DNA of 64,000 nucleotides from Leptolyngbyaceae cyanobacterium (lineage in GTDB: Bacteria > Cyanobacteriota > Cyanobacteriia > Phormidesmidales > Phormidesmidaceae): contig CBDHHL010000046.1 in the NCBI GenBank assembly GCA_965263355.1, positions 64,001 to 128,000 on the forward strand, in the 5' to 3' direction. Positions within the stretch are counted from its first letter, which is position 1; every line of letters begins with the position of its first letter. Shown here one piece after another: positions 17,971 through 27,195 of the stretch. Position numbers and translations under genes: made by a program. The notes under the pieces were generated by a model that was given only the letters and a program-made list of their open reading frames with translations, was not told the DNA's origin and searched no databases.

Positions 17971-20900
17971 ACGAGGTCCCCTTCTAATTCTCCAACCGTG
18001 TCACTAAAATCGGTATCTGGGTCAGTTAAAACAACTTCTGTGTCAGCCGTAGTTACTAATTCTGTCACCCTAGAAGTACTCTGACTCTGTACTGGTAAGT
18101 CAAATACACTAGCTCGAGCTTTACTTACAAAATTACCGGCGAAAGAAGATTCTGCCAAGGACACAGAGAAAAACTCGTCTAACTGTCCAACGTCTAAAAG
18201 CTCCACAGCTCGATCATACCCCTTTTCTTGGAGAACTGCGATGAGGGCATTTAAACTAGCACTTTGAGGAGCAGAAAAGCTGGCCAAGATGTCTTCCGCG
18301 TTTAAGGCAGCATTAGGGATGTTTGTCGTGATCTCTGTAGACCGACGAATGGAGCTCGTCAACATGCTGTGTAGTTCTGCCAGAACTTGTTGAAGTCTAC
18401 CCACATCCGGTAACTGAGAAGCGCCTTGTGAAACTACGGGAGAAAGAACTCCGTCCAAAAAATCTAAATTTTCATCAAACCTATACTTCGAAAATAAAGA
18501 ACTGGCCGTCAAAAGGGTTTGAACGTTCTCAGCCAATTGTCGATAATTAGTTTCCAACGAGCTAGTTGCTGTAAACACGAAGGATGTGTCTTCTGTAGAA
18601 ATACCAGAGACCAAATTAACGAACTCCCCAGAAGCTGCTACTGATGAAACTTGATGATTATTTATTTGGTCCCCCACTAGTAACCCAGACAGGTCCAACT
18701 TCTGCCCCGCAGCGTTCACAGCCTCTAAAGAAGGACTTAGCCCAAACTGAGTTAAGGAAGAAAAACCTAAGGACGTTGGAGCTGACGTGACCTGGATAGA
18801 ACTGCCTCGAGTCTTGGAATTACTAGTCAGAAGTATTCGTCTCTTAATCAACCTATAGCGAAGGGGAGCACTGTTACGAGTAAATCCTCGTGAGTTTTTG
18901 CCCCCAGGAAATTCTAAAGTTAAGGTAGAGACACTAACATTCGTAATAATATATTCTCCAGCATCTCCCCCCTCTAAGAGTATTAAAGAGACTCCCGAAA
19001 CAATGCCCAGAGGAGCAAGATCTACCCCCGCCGTATCCGTCACAGTAAAAGTATTCGCAACTGTTCTAAGCTGCCCTTCTCGTAGAACCGTCGGGACCTC
19101 AGTGACCGTCAAACCAGATACAGAATTTCGAACAAGTGCACTTAAAATAGCAGTGTCTAAATACACGCTTTGAGTGTTAGCTGTTCGTTGATTGGGGCTA
19201 AATCCAAACACGTGTGTCGCAGTATTTGTAATCCGAATTGCTTGCTTAGGTGCAGGAAAAGACTCCTCGACACGCACTACTTGCCAAGATATAGAACCGC
19301 TATTTGCATCAGTCCCTGTCCCATTGGGATTGTAGATGATCGGCGAACCTGCAATTGGAGCACCAACTAATGGGTCAACAGTAGCAGGTGGCGTATCTTT
19401 ACTTATATCAACAATTTCAAAGGTGCCATTATTGGCAGCAGTAGCTGCACCACTGATAACTATCGAATCTCCTATATTATTTGCCGCTAACCCAGTCATA
19501 CCAGACCAGAGTTGTCGGCTTGTTGAAATGGAAACTAGAGTTGCACTACTTCCTGAAGCCAACACAGGATTTGTAAAGGAAGCAAATGTACCGTCAACTG
19601 ATGAATATGAAGTTGATAGCCTAAGGTGTTCCGGCATAAATCGAGAACGACCTTCAATTGTCAGCTTATTTGCTCCTCCCGGCTGCTCCTTAAACAACAC
19701 ATGGTAACTAGCGTGCGCATACTTATTACTACCATGTGACCCATTACTTTCATCATTTAAAGCCGTCACAACTTCTGAAATAGATCCTGTAGGTAGTCCG
19801 GAAGGAATTGAGGAAGTCTTTGTCACAGGAGACACTACTACAGAAACAGTATCTCTCACATTGTGCGGACCTAAATTATCCGAGTCTGCTACGTCCCTGG
19901 TATTTATGAGCAAGTCAGGAAAGAAAGAAACTTGTGTATAATCTCCTCTAGAACCAAATAAACCTACTGTCTGATTGGCAACGGTATCTCCTCGAAAATC
20001 TACTTCTATTTGAGTATCACTAATAAAACGAATTATCTCGTATCTTTCAAATGTTGGGGCTGTGCCTGTTCTAATGTAAAAACCAACATAATGTGCTTCA
20101 AACGAAGTTGCAGGACCTGTTACGGTGCTCCCACTAATTGTGATAGCCACATTTTTGAGGAGGGTTAACTCAGTCAATATTCGAGCTCGGAAAAGGTGTG
20201 TCCAACGAGTAGACTTTACTTCCGCCCAAGCTTGCGGATTACCCAATTGGTCAGCCCCAGAAACAGACCAAGAAGCAAATCCAGCGTTATCTACAGCCGC
20301 GGATGAGCTAGACGATCCCGGAACTACAGTAGGAAAAAGAAAATGAATAGTAGCCCCCAAATGTATAAAACCTAACTTTATCGGAGGCTGCATGCGCACT
20401 GTCGTCCAATAGTCAGAGATTAGAAGATTATTGTTGGTTGGGGGAGTATCTGGAATATTACTTGGAACGGTAGAATCTCTAGGTGCTGGAGCAACTCCCG
20501 CAGAAGTATCTTCGCCTTCCATTAAAGACACTCCACTGTCTTGAATGAAACCCCATCGTAAAGTAGTCCATGTGTAAGAATTATTGTCTACCACGATATG
20601 GAACATATTAGCGGCGTCGTAGTTACTTGCTAAGACTGGTGGGGCAGCAGTAGCCGCTGCGGGGCCCGGCCATGTGGGATGTAAAATAGAATCAGGCCAC
20701 GGACCTTCAATTGTACCATGAATGCCTGGGCCCTGTACGCCTGATAGGTCCACTGTTTGTGTACCACCACCATCTACTACGATACTCAAGGATGTTTGCG
20801 ACAGGTCATCTAAAAGCCAAGGACCTTCATTCGAAAGGATTTGAGCCGGAATAGCCTGCCCAGTTGGACGCATAAGGAAAGGCGGCCCAGACCCCAAAGA

Positions 20901-21719
20901 TTTGGAGCTTCTTCCTATAATCCCCTTAGTGGCAAAACCTGTTCCGTCGGATTTCAAAGCGTACTTTTGATTTGGGACGACGAATTCGGACAAGGATTTG
21001 ACTGATGCTTTTGCAGCCAATACGGTCAATAGAAAGTTCCTACTTGTAGACTGATTATTCGACTGTTCCCCTGTTTGAACTTGGTCGGCTAAATCTAACA
21101 ATACTGACCGGGTTCTAGCAATTGATGTTGTGGCCAAAATAGACGATATATCTAAAGCCTCATAAACAGCTAACAAGGAAGATAAGTTAGAGAGCAAAGT
21201 AAGTAAGGTTTCGTGGGTTTTAGTTAGTTCTTGAAAGTCATCTAACAATAACTGTCTTGCCTCGTCCGGGTGAAATCTAAGCTTTGACCCACTGATCAAA
21301 GGCCTGAACTGTTCGGCAAACTCATCAATTTGGCGACTAAATTGTCCCAACTCCGGACGACCTTTTATAGAAGCGGAAGTCTCTACATTCAATAGATTTG
21401 TAGCTGCATTACGCAACAAGGTTGAACTATTAGCAGGTAAAATTAAGTTTTGAAGTTGAACAACATCTTCGGAAACAATAAGCATGTCCTCAACAAGATC
21501 AATTTGCCGAGATAGTAATTCATTAGTCTTATTCCGCACGAGCGCTGCTAGGCTAAAAATAGCAGTTGGGTTTAAAACAAAAACCGTTTTTGCAGCTTCA
21601 ACAATCTGCTCATGCAAAGACTCTGGATCATTTGCACCTCCCAAAAAACTAGGGATAAAGGAGCCTACAAAAAACCTAGCAGAAGCATTACGTAACTCGG
21701 TGTCCGAGAAGTCTACCAT
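17967..21719 (-). CDS. Large virion structural protein (helical ends, beta-rich middle)
   Basis: Long ORF; start reassigned to ATG 21719 (MVDFSDTELR), just after the upstream stop at 21727. Confidence 0.7.
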   Translation of the reverse strand: MVDFSDTELRNASARFFVGSFIPSFLGGANDPESLHEQIVEAAKTVFVLNPTAIFSLAALVRNKTNELLSRQIDLVEDMLIVSEDVVQLQNLILPANSSTLLRNAATNLLNVETSASIKGRPELGQFSRQIDEFAEQFRPLISGSKLRFHPDEARQLLLDDFQELTKTHETLLTLLSNLSSLLAVYEALDISSILATTSIARTRSVLLDLADQVQTGEQSNNQSTSRNFLLTVLAAKASVKSLSEFVVPNQKYALKSDGTGFATKGIIGRSSKSLGSGPPFLMRPTGQAIPAQILSNEGPWLLDDLSQTSLSIVVDGGGTQTVDLSGVQGPGIHGTIEGPWPDSILHPTWPGPAAATAAPPVLASNYDAANMFHIVVDNNSYTWTTLRWGFIQDSGVSLMEGEDTSAGVAPAPRDSTVPSNIPDTPPTNNNLLISDYWTTVRMQPPIKLGFIHLGATIHFLFPTVVPGSSSSSAAVDNAGFASWSVSGADQLGNPQAWAEVKSTRWTHLFRARILTELTLLKNVAITISGSTVTGPATSFEAHYVGFYIRTGTAPTFERYEIIRFISDTQIEVDFRGDTVANQTVGLFGSRGDYTQVSFFPDLLINTRDVADSDNLGPHNVRDTVSVVVSPVTKTSSIPSGLPTGSISEVVTALNDESNGSHGSNKYAHASYHVLFKEQPGGANKLTIEGRSRFMPEHLRLSTSYSSVDGTFASFTNPVLASGSSATLVSISTSRQLWSGMTGLAANNIGDSIVISGAATAANNGTFEIVDISKDTPPATVDPLVGAPIAGSPIIYNPNGTGTDANSGSISWQVVRVEESFPAPKQAIRITNTATHVFGFSPNQRTANTQSVYLDTAILSALVRNSVSGLTVTEVPTVLREGQLRTVANTFTVTDTAGVDLAPLGIVSGVSLILLEGGDAGEYIITNVSVSTLTLEFPGGKNSRGFTRNSAPLRYRLIKRRILLTSNSKTRGSSIQVTSAPTSLGFSSLTQFGLSPSLEAVNAAGQKLDLSGLLVGDQINNHQVSSVAASGEFVNLVSGISTEDTSFVFTATSSLETNYRQLAENVQTLLTASSLFSKYRFDENLDFLDGVLSPVVSQGASQLPDVGRLQQVLAELHSMLTSSIRRSTEITTNIPNAALNAEDILASFSAPQSASLNALIAVLQEKGYDRAVELLDVGQLDEFFSVSLAESSFAGNFVSKARASVFDLPVQSQSTSRVTELVTTADTEVVLTDPDTDFSDTVGELEGDLV

Positions 21720-21726
21720 ACTCAAC

Positions 21727-22173
21727 TTATATCGGAATTCTAGCTCGGGGGTGTAATCCAATCTTCTTGGGTCCGATTTGAGCCCAGACGGTTGTGGAAT
21801 AACAACAGGACGCCACGAAACAAAGAGCAGCAAACTCCAAATTTGGCCAAAGTTGTCTAGGGATTACGTACTCTGGCTTTCGGTCCATGACATCACGTAT
21901 GTTGCCCTCCATACGTCGAACATCTGTCCTATTTAAGGTGAGCGTCATTCGGCGTACGTAATCAACATCCCAACCAAAGAGTGCGCAAATCTCCTCAAAG
22001 GAGAATCCGTCCTTTTCCTCATCATCCTCAAAAATAAATTTTTGGGCCTCTGCCCAACGTAACTGGTACTTCTCAGAATCTCTATACAGGGCGTAATCAA
22101 AAATGGCCCTTCTAGCGACAGCAAACCAAAGAAGCCGATCTTCTGCATCAATATCTAAAGCATCTACAAACAT
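21727..22173 (-). CDS. Hypothetical protein
   Basis: 148 aa with LWFAV..RAIFD...SFEEICALFG helical motif; start/stop coupled to the upstream gene. Confidence 0.7.
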   Translation of the reverse strand: MFVDALDIDAEDRLLWFAVARRAIFDYALYRDSEKYQLRWAEAQKFIFEDDEEKDGFSFEEICALFGWDVDYVRRMTLTLNRTDVRRMEGNIRDVMDRKPEYVIPRQLWPNLEFAALCFVASCCYSTTVWAQIGPKKIGLHPRARIPI

Positions 22174-23429
22174 CAGGTTACTGTGACGACGAGTGTGGCT
22201 GACAATGCTGCTACTGAGGGCACTCTAGGTGCAACTTGGGAACTTTTTCTGGAAACACTAATGGTGCTTGTTCCAGCAGCTAAAGCACATACAACCAACC
22301 CCCCACTCGATTCATCCACCTCCACAGTTGCAATATCTACGCTACTGCTAGAAAATTCAAGAAGGTCAGACAAGTTGGAAGACGGTATTGCTCGACCCAC
22401 TTGATCTGTAACCGCCAAACTAACAGTCTCTTCAGACGTTCCCCCGGTTAGATCGATTGTTAAAGTAGCGGGTGTGTACACCACAGAAACAACATAAGGA
22501 AACAACACATCGGCTAAAGACGCAGAGGCCAGATTGGGTACTGCAAAAGGTTCCACGATGGAGAGAGGATTTTCTGCACCATCTATATGGATCTTGTAAT
22601 TACCGTCTCGCGGCAATTCCATGTCCACATAGCCACTAGCATTTGTGGTCCATATCTTTGACCCAACAAAAACATTGGCATTGACCACTGCCGGAGAGGC
22701 CGTCCAATGATAGGACACGCTATCTTCAAAGTATGAGCGTACAGGCGTGATACGCACATTTTTTTCCTTTAGTCCGACCCCCGACAAATCCACTAAATGG
22801 CCTGTAATTCTACAAAAGCTAGGATCTACAGCTGACGGTAAGGTCACTGGCACACCAACCAGGTTAAAAGAATTCAAACTTGGGGGTGTTATGGGATCTA
22901 TAACCGCAATACTTTGAACGGGAGAAAACACCGTGTCAGCCAAAATAGGTCGGACAAAATAAGTTGTCCCTGGTGACACTGCCCCACTCAACGCAAGAGT
23001 CAAAACCCCAGAGCCATCAGTGGTTCCCTCCGCAATAAAACTGTCTGACGCGTTGTATACACGTATTAAGACATTTTCAATCGCAGTTAGATCCGCCTCC
23101 ACGGTATTTAAGGTGACTAAAGGGGCTGAAGGCCCCAAGACAGAATCAAAAGGACCAAAATTATTATTTGGGGAAGGAGGATCTGTTACAGACACAGATG
23201 TGGCTGCGCCCGAAATGAAACGACGACCCGCCAGGCTGAAACGGAGAGTATAACTTACACCCCCCGCTTCTCCATTTAGATTTAGGTCTGCTTGCCCCGT
23301 AACCAAAGTACCGCTTGTGGCTTCCGAGTCAAAAACCCCTCCTGCTGTATAAGCTTGAACTAATACCCCATCCAAAGGGGCAGAATCGGCTTGGTTACGA
23401 ACTGTCACTGTGACAGGTACAATTGCCAT
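22173..23429 (-). CDS. Virion protein with carboxypeptidase-regulatory-like and Ig-like (Big_2-like) domains
   Basis: Repeated V.VY.A....EGTTD.SG prealbumin-like modules; C-terminal FSSSSVDIATV...AAGTSTISVS. Confidence 0.65.
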   Translation of the reverse strand: MAIVPVTVTVRNQADSAPLDGVLVQAYTAGGVFDSEATSGTLVTGQADLNLNGEAGGVSYTLRFSLAGRRFISGAATSVSVTDPPSPNNNFGPFDSVLGPSAPLVTLNTVEADLTAIENVLIRVYNASDSFIAEGTTDGSGVLTLALSGAVSPGTTYFVRPILADTVFSPVQSIAVIDPITPPSLNSFNLVGVPVTLPSAVDPSFCRITGHLVDLSGVGLKEKNVRITPVRSYFEDSVSYHWTASPAVVNANVFVGSKIWTTNASGYVDMELPRDGNYKIHIDGAENPLSIVEPFAVPNLASASLADVLFPYVVSVVYTPATLTIDLTGGTSEETVSLAVTDQVGRAIPSSNLSDLLEFSSSSVDIATVEVDESSGGLVVCALAAGTSTISVSRKSSQVAPRVPSVAALSATLVVTVT

Positions 23430-24376
23430 TACAAAGTTCTCCTAACTGCTGCGGGTATTTGAGGCTGTTGAACGTTAAACAAATCGTCTGTACTACTTAG
23501 GACGGTTAAAAGATCAAAATTGGATGTAGGCACAGTGAATTGGCGGACGAAAGAGGTGCCGGCAAAAACCACACGCAATTGCTGGCCTACCACAAATTGC
23601 ATCTCTGCTTGCCCGTTTGCGTCTGTAGTAAAACTAGTACTCCGATCTCCCATCCCAACCACATATCCAGAAACAAGCAAATCTGGACTCAATGTATAAA
23701 ATTCTATTAATTGCCCAGAAACTGGAATTCCCGACACATCAACCAAAGAAACCGAACCAGTAACTAAACTTGCACTTGCTAGGGGTGAAGCTACAACTCC
23801 CTGCACAGGTCCGTAATAAGCACTCAAGTTATTTGATGTTGTCGTTGTATTGAAAAATCGGTAACGGTGGTGGTGGCTAGAGTTGGCTGCGAGATCTGTG
23901 TACTCGTAAGACGTTTGATTCGCCACCAAAGGAATATAAATATCTTCTCCAAAATCTTCTTGACTTGCCGTAAAGCCTAAAATAGACAAGGACGTACCTG
24001 ACAACACCTGAATTCTAGAACCTGTACCTACTGTTGTTGAGGTTAGTCGAATCGCATTACTTGCATTACTTGCAATTGAAGCCCCTAAAGCAGTATTAAG
24101 TTGAGTTACTATCGTGGCTATCGCTATGGGATTCGACCCGGTAAAAGTAGTCGTTACTGCCGTTCCCCCATCTACACTAACCTGTAATGTTAATCCAGAA
24201 ACAAAGAAACTAGTACTCGTGGCGCTTCCGGTAAGAACAGCTGCTGACGCAGCTGCGGCAGTAGTTTCAATGTAAGGACCTAGTACAAGATCTGAAGTCC
24301 GCTCTACCCGAATAACATCATATGATTGAATAATAGAGCCAATATCTGGAACCGAAATATCTACTACAACAGGCAT
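23429..24376 (-). CDS. Virion structural protein
   Basis: 315 aa, Thr/Ser/Gly-rich; shares a domain with the N terminus of 3640-7236. Confidence 0.65.
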   Translation of the reverse strand: MPVVVDISVPDIGSIIQSYDVIRVERTSDLVLGPYIETTAAAASAAVLTGSATSTSFFVSGLTLQVSVDGGTAVTTTFTGSNPIAIATIVTQLNTALGASIASNASNAIRLTSTTVGTGSRIQVLSGTSLSILGFTASQEDFGEDIYIPLVANQTSYEYTDLAANSSHHHRYRFFNTTTTSNNLSAYYGPVQGVVASPLASASLVTGSVSLVDVSGIPVSGQLIEFYTLSPDLLVSGYVVGMGDRSTSFTTDANGQAEMQFVVGQQLRVVFAGTSFVRQFTVPTSNFDLLTVLSSTDDLFNVQQPQIPAAVRRTL

Positions 24377-24697
24377 GTTGTGTAGATGTTATCATAGTCA
24401 GGCTGGCCCAGCTCTGGAAACTTTTTGGTCAAACTAGGCGTAATAATGGTGCCAGGCCCAGCCCTCAGAATCAGTGCCAAACAACTACGACATTTGTCAA
24501 ATAGAATTATGCTGTGACGATGTTCTGTGACTATTAAGCTGTTCTTAAACTAGAGATGCAGAAAGAAAGTGAAGAAGAAATACTGGAGTCAAGCCACTGG
24601 AGCACAACCAACTGACTAAACTAGATTTGGCGATCCCTAGTCAGCGGATGAAAAATTACACTGATGAGGTATAATAGGGAGTTTATCTCGTCAACAA

Positions 24698-25054
24698 TTA
24701 CCTAGCATGCCAAGGTTTAAAATTCTGAATATACTCCACACTTGGAAATTCTGTTCCCTTAAACCGATAAGCTCTATCATCTACGTATAAAACTGCGTGA
24801 GGTTTCTTATTTGTAAATTTTAGTTGGTCCAAGTTCATAAAGTTATGGAATCGAAACCATTCTTTCATGGCTTGGATGCCTTCAGGAGTTTCGGACCTGG
24901 CTGAGTAAATAAACACCTCTAACCCTGCGGTCAGATATGAGTCTAAAGTAGCAAAAGCGCCTACTACGGGTAGGTCAGAGATTATCTCAGGGCCCTCCCA
25001 GCCGGAATGATAGCTGTGAATGACGCCATCAAAATCCATGCATATACTTTTCAT
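24698..25054 (-). CDS. Minimal HAD-superfamily phosphatase
   Basis: Motif I DFDGVI, motif II SAR, motif III K(P), motif IV YVDDR. Confidence 0.85.
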   Translation of the reverse strand: MKSICMDFDGVIHSYHSGWEGPEIISDLPVVGAFATLDSYLTAGLEVFIYSARSETPEGIQAMKEWFRFHNFMNLDQLKFTNKKPHAVLYVDDRAYRFKGTEFPSVEYIQNFKPWHAR

Positions 25055-25063
25055 GGGGTGAAG

Positions 25064-25285
25064 CTAGGAAATTAATAAAAAGTCGTCAACTTCTGCCTGA
25101 ACTAGATTGGCTCCTGCGTTAACGTTAAGTGCGGCAACTTCATTAGCCCCTCGAGCAGTTAATACAGTTCGAAGGAATCTGGTTTCATTGTCTAATCGGT
25201 CAATCTCTGTTTGCAAATACTGATCTGCTGCTGCTTGTAACGCATCCAAATTGGCGTCTCGGGTTTGTTTATCGGGAACTGCCAT
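25064..25285 (-). CDS. Hypothetical protein
   Basis: 73-aa ORF translationally coupled to the sigma gene. Confidence 0.65.
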   Translation of the reverse strand: MAVPDKQTRDANLDALQAAADQYLQTEIDRLDNETRFLRTVLTARGANEVAALNVNAGANLVQAEVDDFLLIS

Positions 25286-25995
25286 TACAAGTACACTCTA
25301 GCCTTTCTTTCTATACTGGCACGAAGTCGAGAAATCTTTGCGGGGCTGGTATTCATCACTTTAGCAATCTCTGCCCCCGACAGCACGCGTTTACCATTTA
25401 ATCCCCTAAGGTGTTCATATACGAACAACTCGTCTGGAGTAAGATCATATGGTAACATGCGAAGAATCTCTTTCTCCTTAGAATACATGTTGTTTGATGG
25501 GTCTTGAACAAGAGTTGACCCTATAAAGTCTTTGCGTTGTTGGCTGCGAATTCGACCTACAGCAGCCACACTCAACTTCAACTTTTCTGCTATCTCCTGA
25601 TCATTTGGGGGTCTACCCAACGCAAAAGTTAGCTGAGTTACAGCATTATTATAGTCTGTAATTTTAGATGTAATGTTCTCAGCAATTCTCACTGTGTTTT
25701 GTCGTTGAGTTATCCAGCGATGACCCTTTCGCATAGATAGAGTTACCCAAGAACCTAACGCAGAACCTCTGTCAGGTTTATAAGTTTCGACGGCCTTAAC
25801 AAATTGTTTTGTAAATTCTCCTTGGATTGCAGCAGGAGGCAATTCCACATTGCTGGAGAATTTACTCGTTTCATACTTTATCATAGGCCGAAAAGCATTT
25901 AACAAAGGTACGAGATCTTTGGGCTTTCTTCCATTGTCATTCCATTGATTCCATAACTTTAGGTCATTTTCGGCACGCTCAGCAACAGTTGTCAT
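25285..25995 (-). CDS. RNA polymerase sigma factor (sigma70 family, group 3/FliA-SigF-like size)
   Basis: Region 2 (KAVETYKPDRGSALGSW, VRIAE), region 3 (LGRPPNDQEIAEKLKLS) and region 4 HTH (LSGAEIAKVMNTSPAKISRL). Confidence 0.85.
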   Translation of the reverse strand: MTTVAERAENDLKLWNQWNDNGRKPKDLVPLLNAFRPMIKYETSKFSSNVELPPAAIQGEFTKQFVKAVETYKPDRGSALGSWVTLSMRKGHRWITQRQNTVRIAENITSKITDYNNAVTQLTFALGRPPNDQEIAEKLKLSVAAVGRIRSQQRKDFIGSTLVQDPSNNMYSKEKEILRMLPYDLTPDELFVYEHLRGLNGKRVLSGAEIAKVMNTSPAKISRLRASIERKARVYL

Positions 25996-26423
25996 AGAAA
26001 CATCTTATGCCTTGAGTAATTGTTGAACAGCTCTTTTAACTCATCTTCATTCTCTTGGCATTTTGCTTGGTAATATGAATCCAAACACTCAAACTGACCA
26101 GCAGCTATCTTTTCAAGCATTAACTCGGCTTTGCCTTTTGGCGTTTCGAAATATTGTTGCAGAGGTAATTGTAAGGAAGCTTGTTTGGGTTGATGTGGAT
26201 TCAACCACGGAGCTGGAATCTTATTGGAAGTACGCACGTAATTAATCCTCGCTTTCGGCGTCAAAGGTGCAGGTCCTGCCTCAGCCACTGTTATCGACTT
26301 GTTTAATGAGGCTTTCGCAGGTTGTTTACTACTTTCTGTAGGAAATTGAGTGCCTCCTGTAAATGAAGACCGGTTATCTCGCCCACTTAAATTACCTACT
26401 GCGGATATCTTTGCTTTCATCAA
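25992..26423 (-). CDS. Hypothetical protein
   Basis: 143 aa, coupled to neighbours; contains KQA and EKIA motifs. Confidence 0.65.
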   Translation of the reverse strand: MMKAKISAVGNLSGRDNRSSFTGGTQFPTESSKQPAKASLNKSITVAEAGPAPLTPKARINYVRTSNKIPAPWLNPHQPKQASLQLPLQQYFETPKGKAELMLEKIAAGQFECLDSYYQAKCQENEDELKELFNNYSRHKMFL

Positions 26424-27013
26424 TATGTTCTCCGAATCAATATTTCTGGATCTTCCAATCCATATTGGTGAGAATATTGCGGGTTGAACACTCCTTCGTC
26501 AGTAACTACTTGAGGTCTACTATCAGACGACGGAGTAAATCCGTGATTGACTATAGGTCCTTGCTTTAGAAGTTTTTGCAACTCATCCTTGAATGCTTTC
26601 GAAGCAGAAACCTTGGTCTTACCTTTTTTATACGCTTTGATGTGCTTACATTCATACCCAGGATTCACAGAACCCCGATAACGCCAATCTCGACAGGTAC
26701 ACCCATAGTTGCCTTCGCTAAGCATTTTGATGTAATATTTTGCGCCTTGAGACCCTGTGATTGTTGCTACCGGTTTGGCTTTTTGTACAGCGGACAGGCT
26801 TTTGACATGTGTCTTTAATTTTGTGTCCGCACCTCGAGAGGTACGTACTTGCCGTACAAATACAGGGTCATTCAACTTATCCGGTAAGCCTTGCCACTTC
26901 TGTTTATCCGCAGAAGCTACAAAATTTTTTGCTTCTCGAATCTTTTCTCGGCCAGAAGAGGAAAGATAATCCCCGAACGAACGAAGGTATTCTCCAAACT
27001 CACCTATATTCAC
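26420..27013 (-). CDS. SWIM zinc-finger protein
   Basis: CTCRDW...ECKH (CxC...CxH). Confidence 0.75.
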   Translation of the reverse strand: MNIGEFGEYLRSFGDYLSSSGREKIREAKNFVASADKQKWQGLPDKLNDPVFVRQVRTSRGADTKLKTHVKSLSAVQKAKPVATITGSQGAKYYIKMLSEGNYGCTCRDWRYRGSVNPGYECKHIKAYKKGKTKVSASKAFKDELQKLLKQGPIVNHGFTPSSDSRPQVVTDEGVFNPQYSHQYGLEDPEILIRRTY

Positions 27014-27195
27014 TAGTAGCCTCTTCTCTGCTTACGAATTTGAGAACCCAATCTACGATCTTGTTCTGCTTGTTGAAGCTTAATAGCACCAACACCACCT
27101 ACGCCAACCAATGCCGCTGGACGCCCCCAAGACTTAACCAAATCTGCAGCAGTTTGTAGTTTCTTAGTTGCACTTGCTACTTTGACCTTACTCAA
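27013..27195 (-). CDS. Small basic protein with AADLVKSW motif
   Basis: 60-aa ORF coupled to both neighbours; Gly-rich hydrophobic stretch. Confidence 0.65.
   Translation of the reverse strand: MSKVKVASATKKLQTAADLVKSWGRPAALVGVGGVGAIKLQQAEQDRRLGSQIRKQRRGY

Noticed and set aside
24377..24697. 320-bp intergenic gap with a short GGCCCAGC repeat and weak hairpins
   Set aside because: No convincing ORF, array or extended fold is visible by eye.
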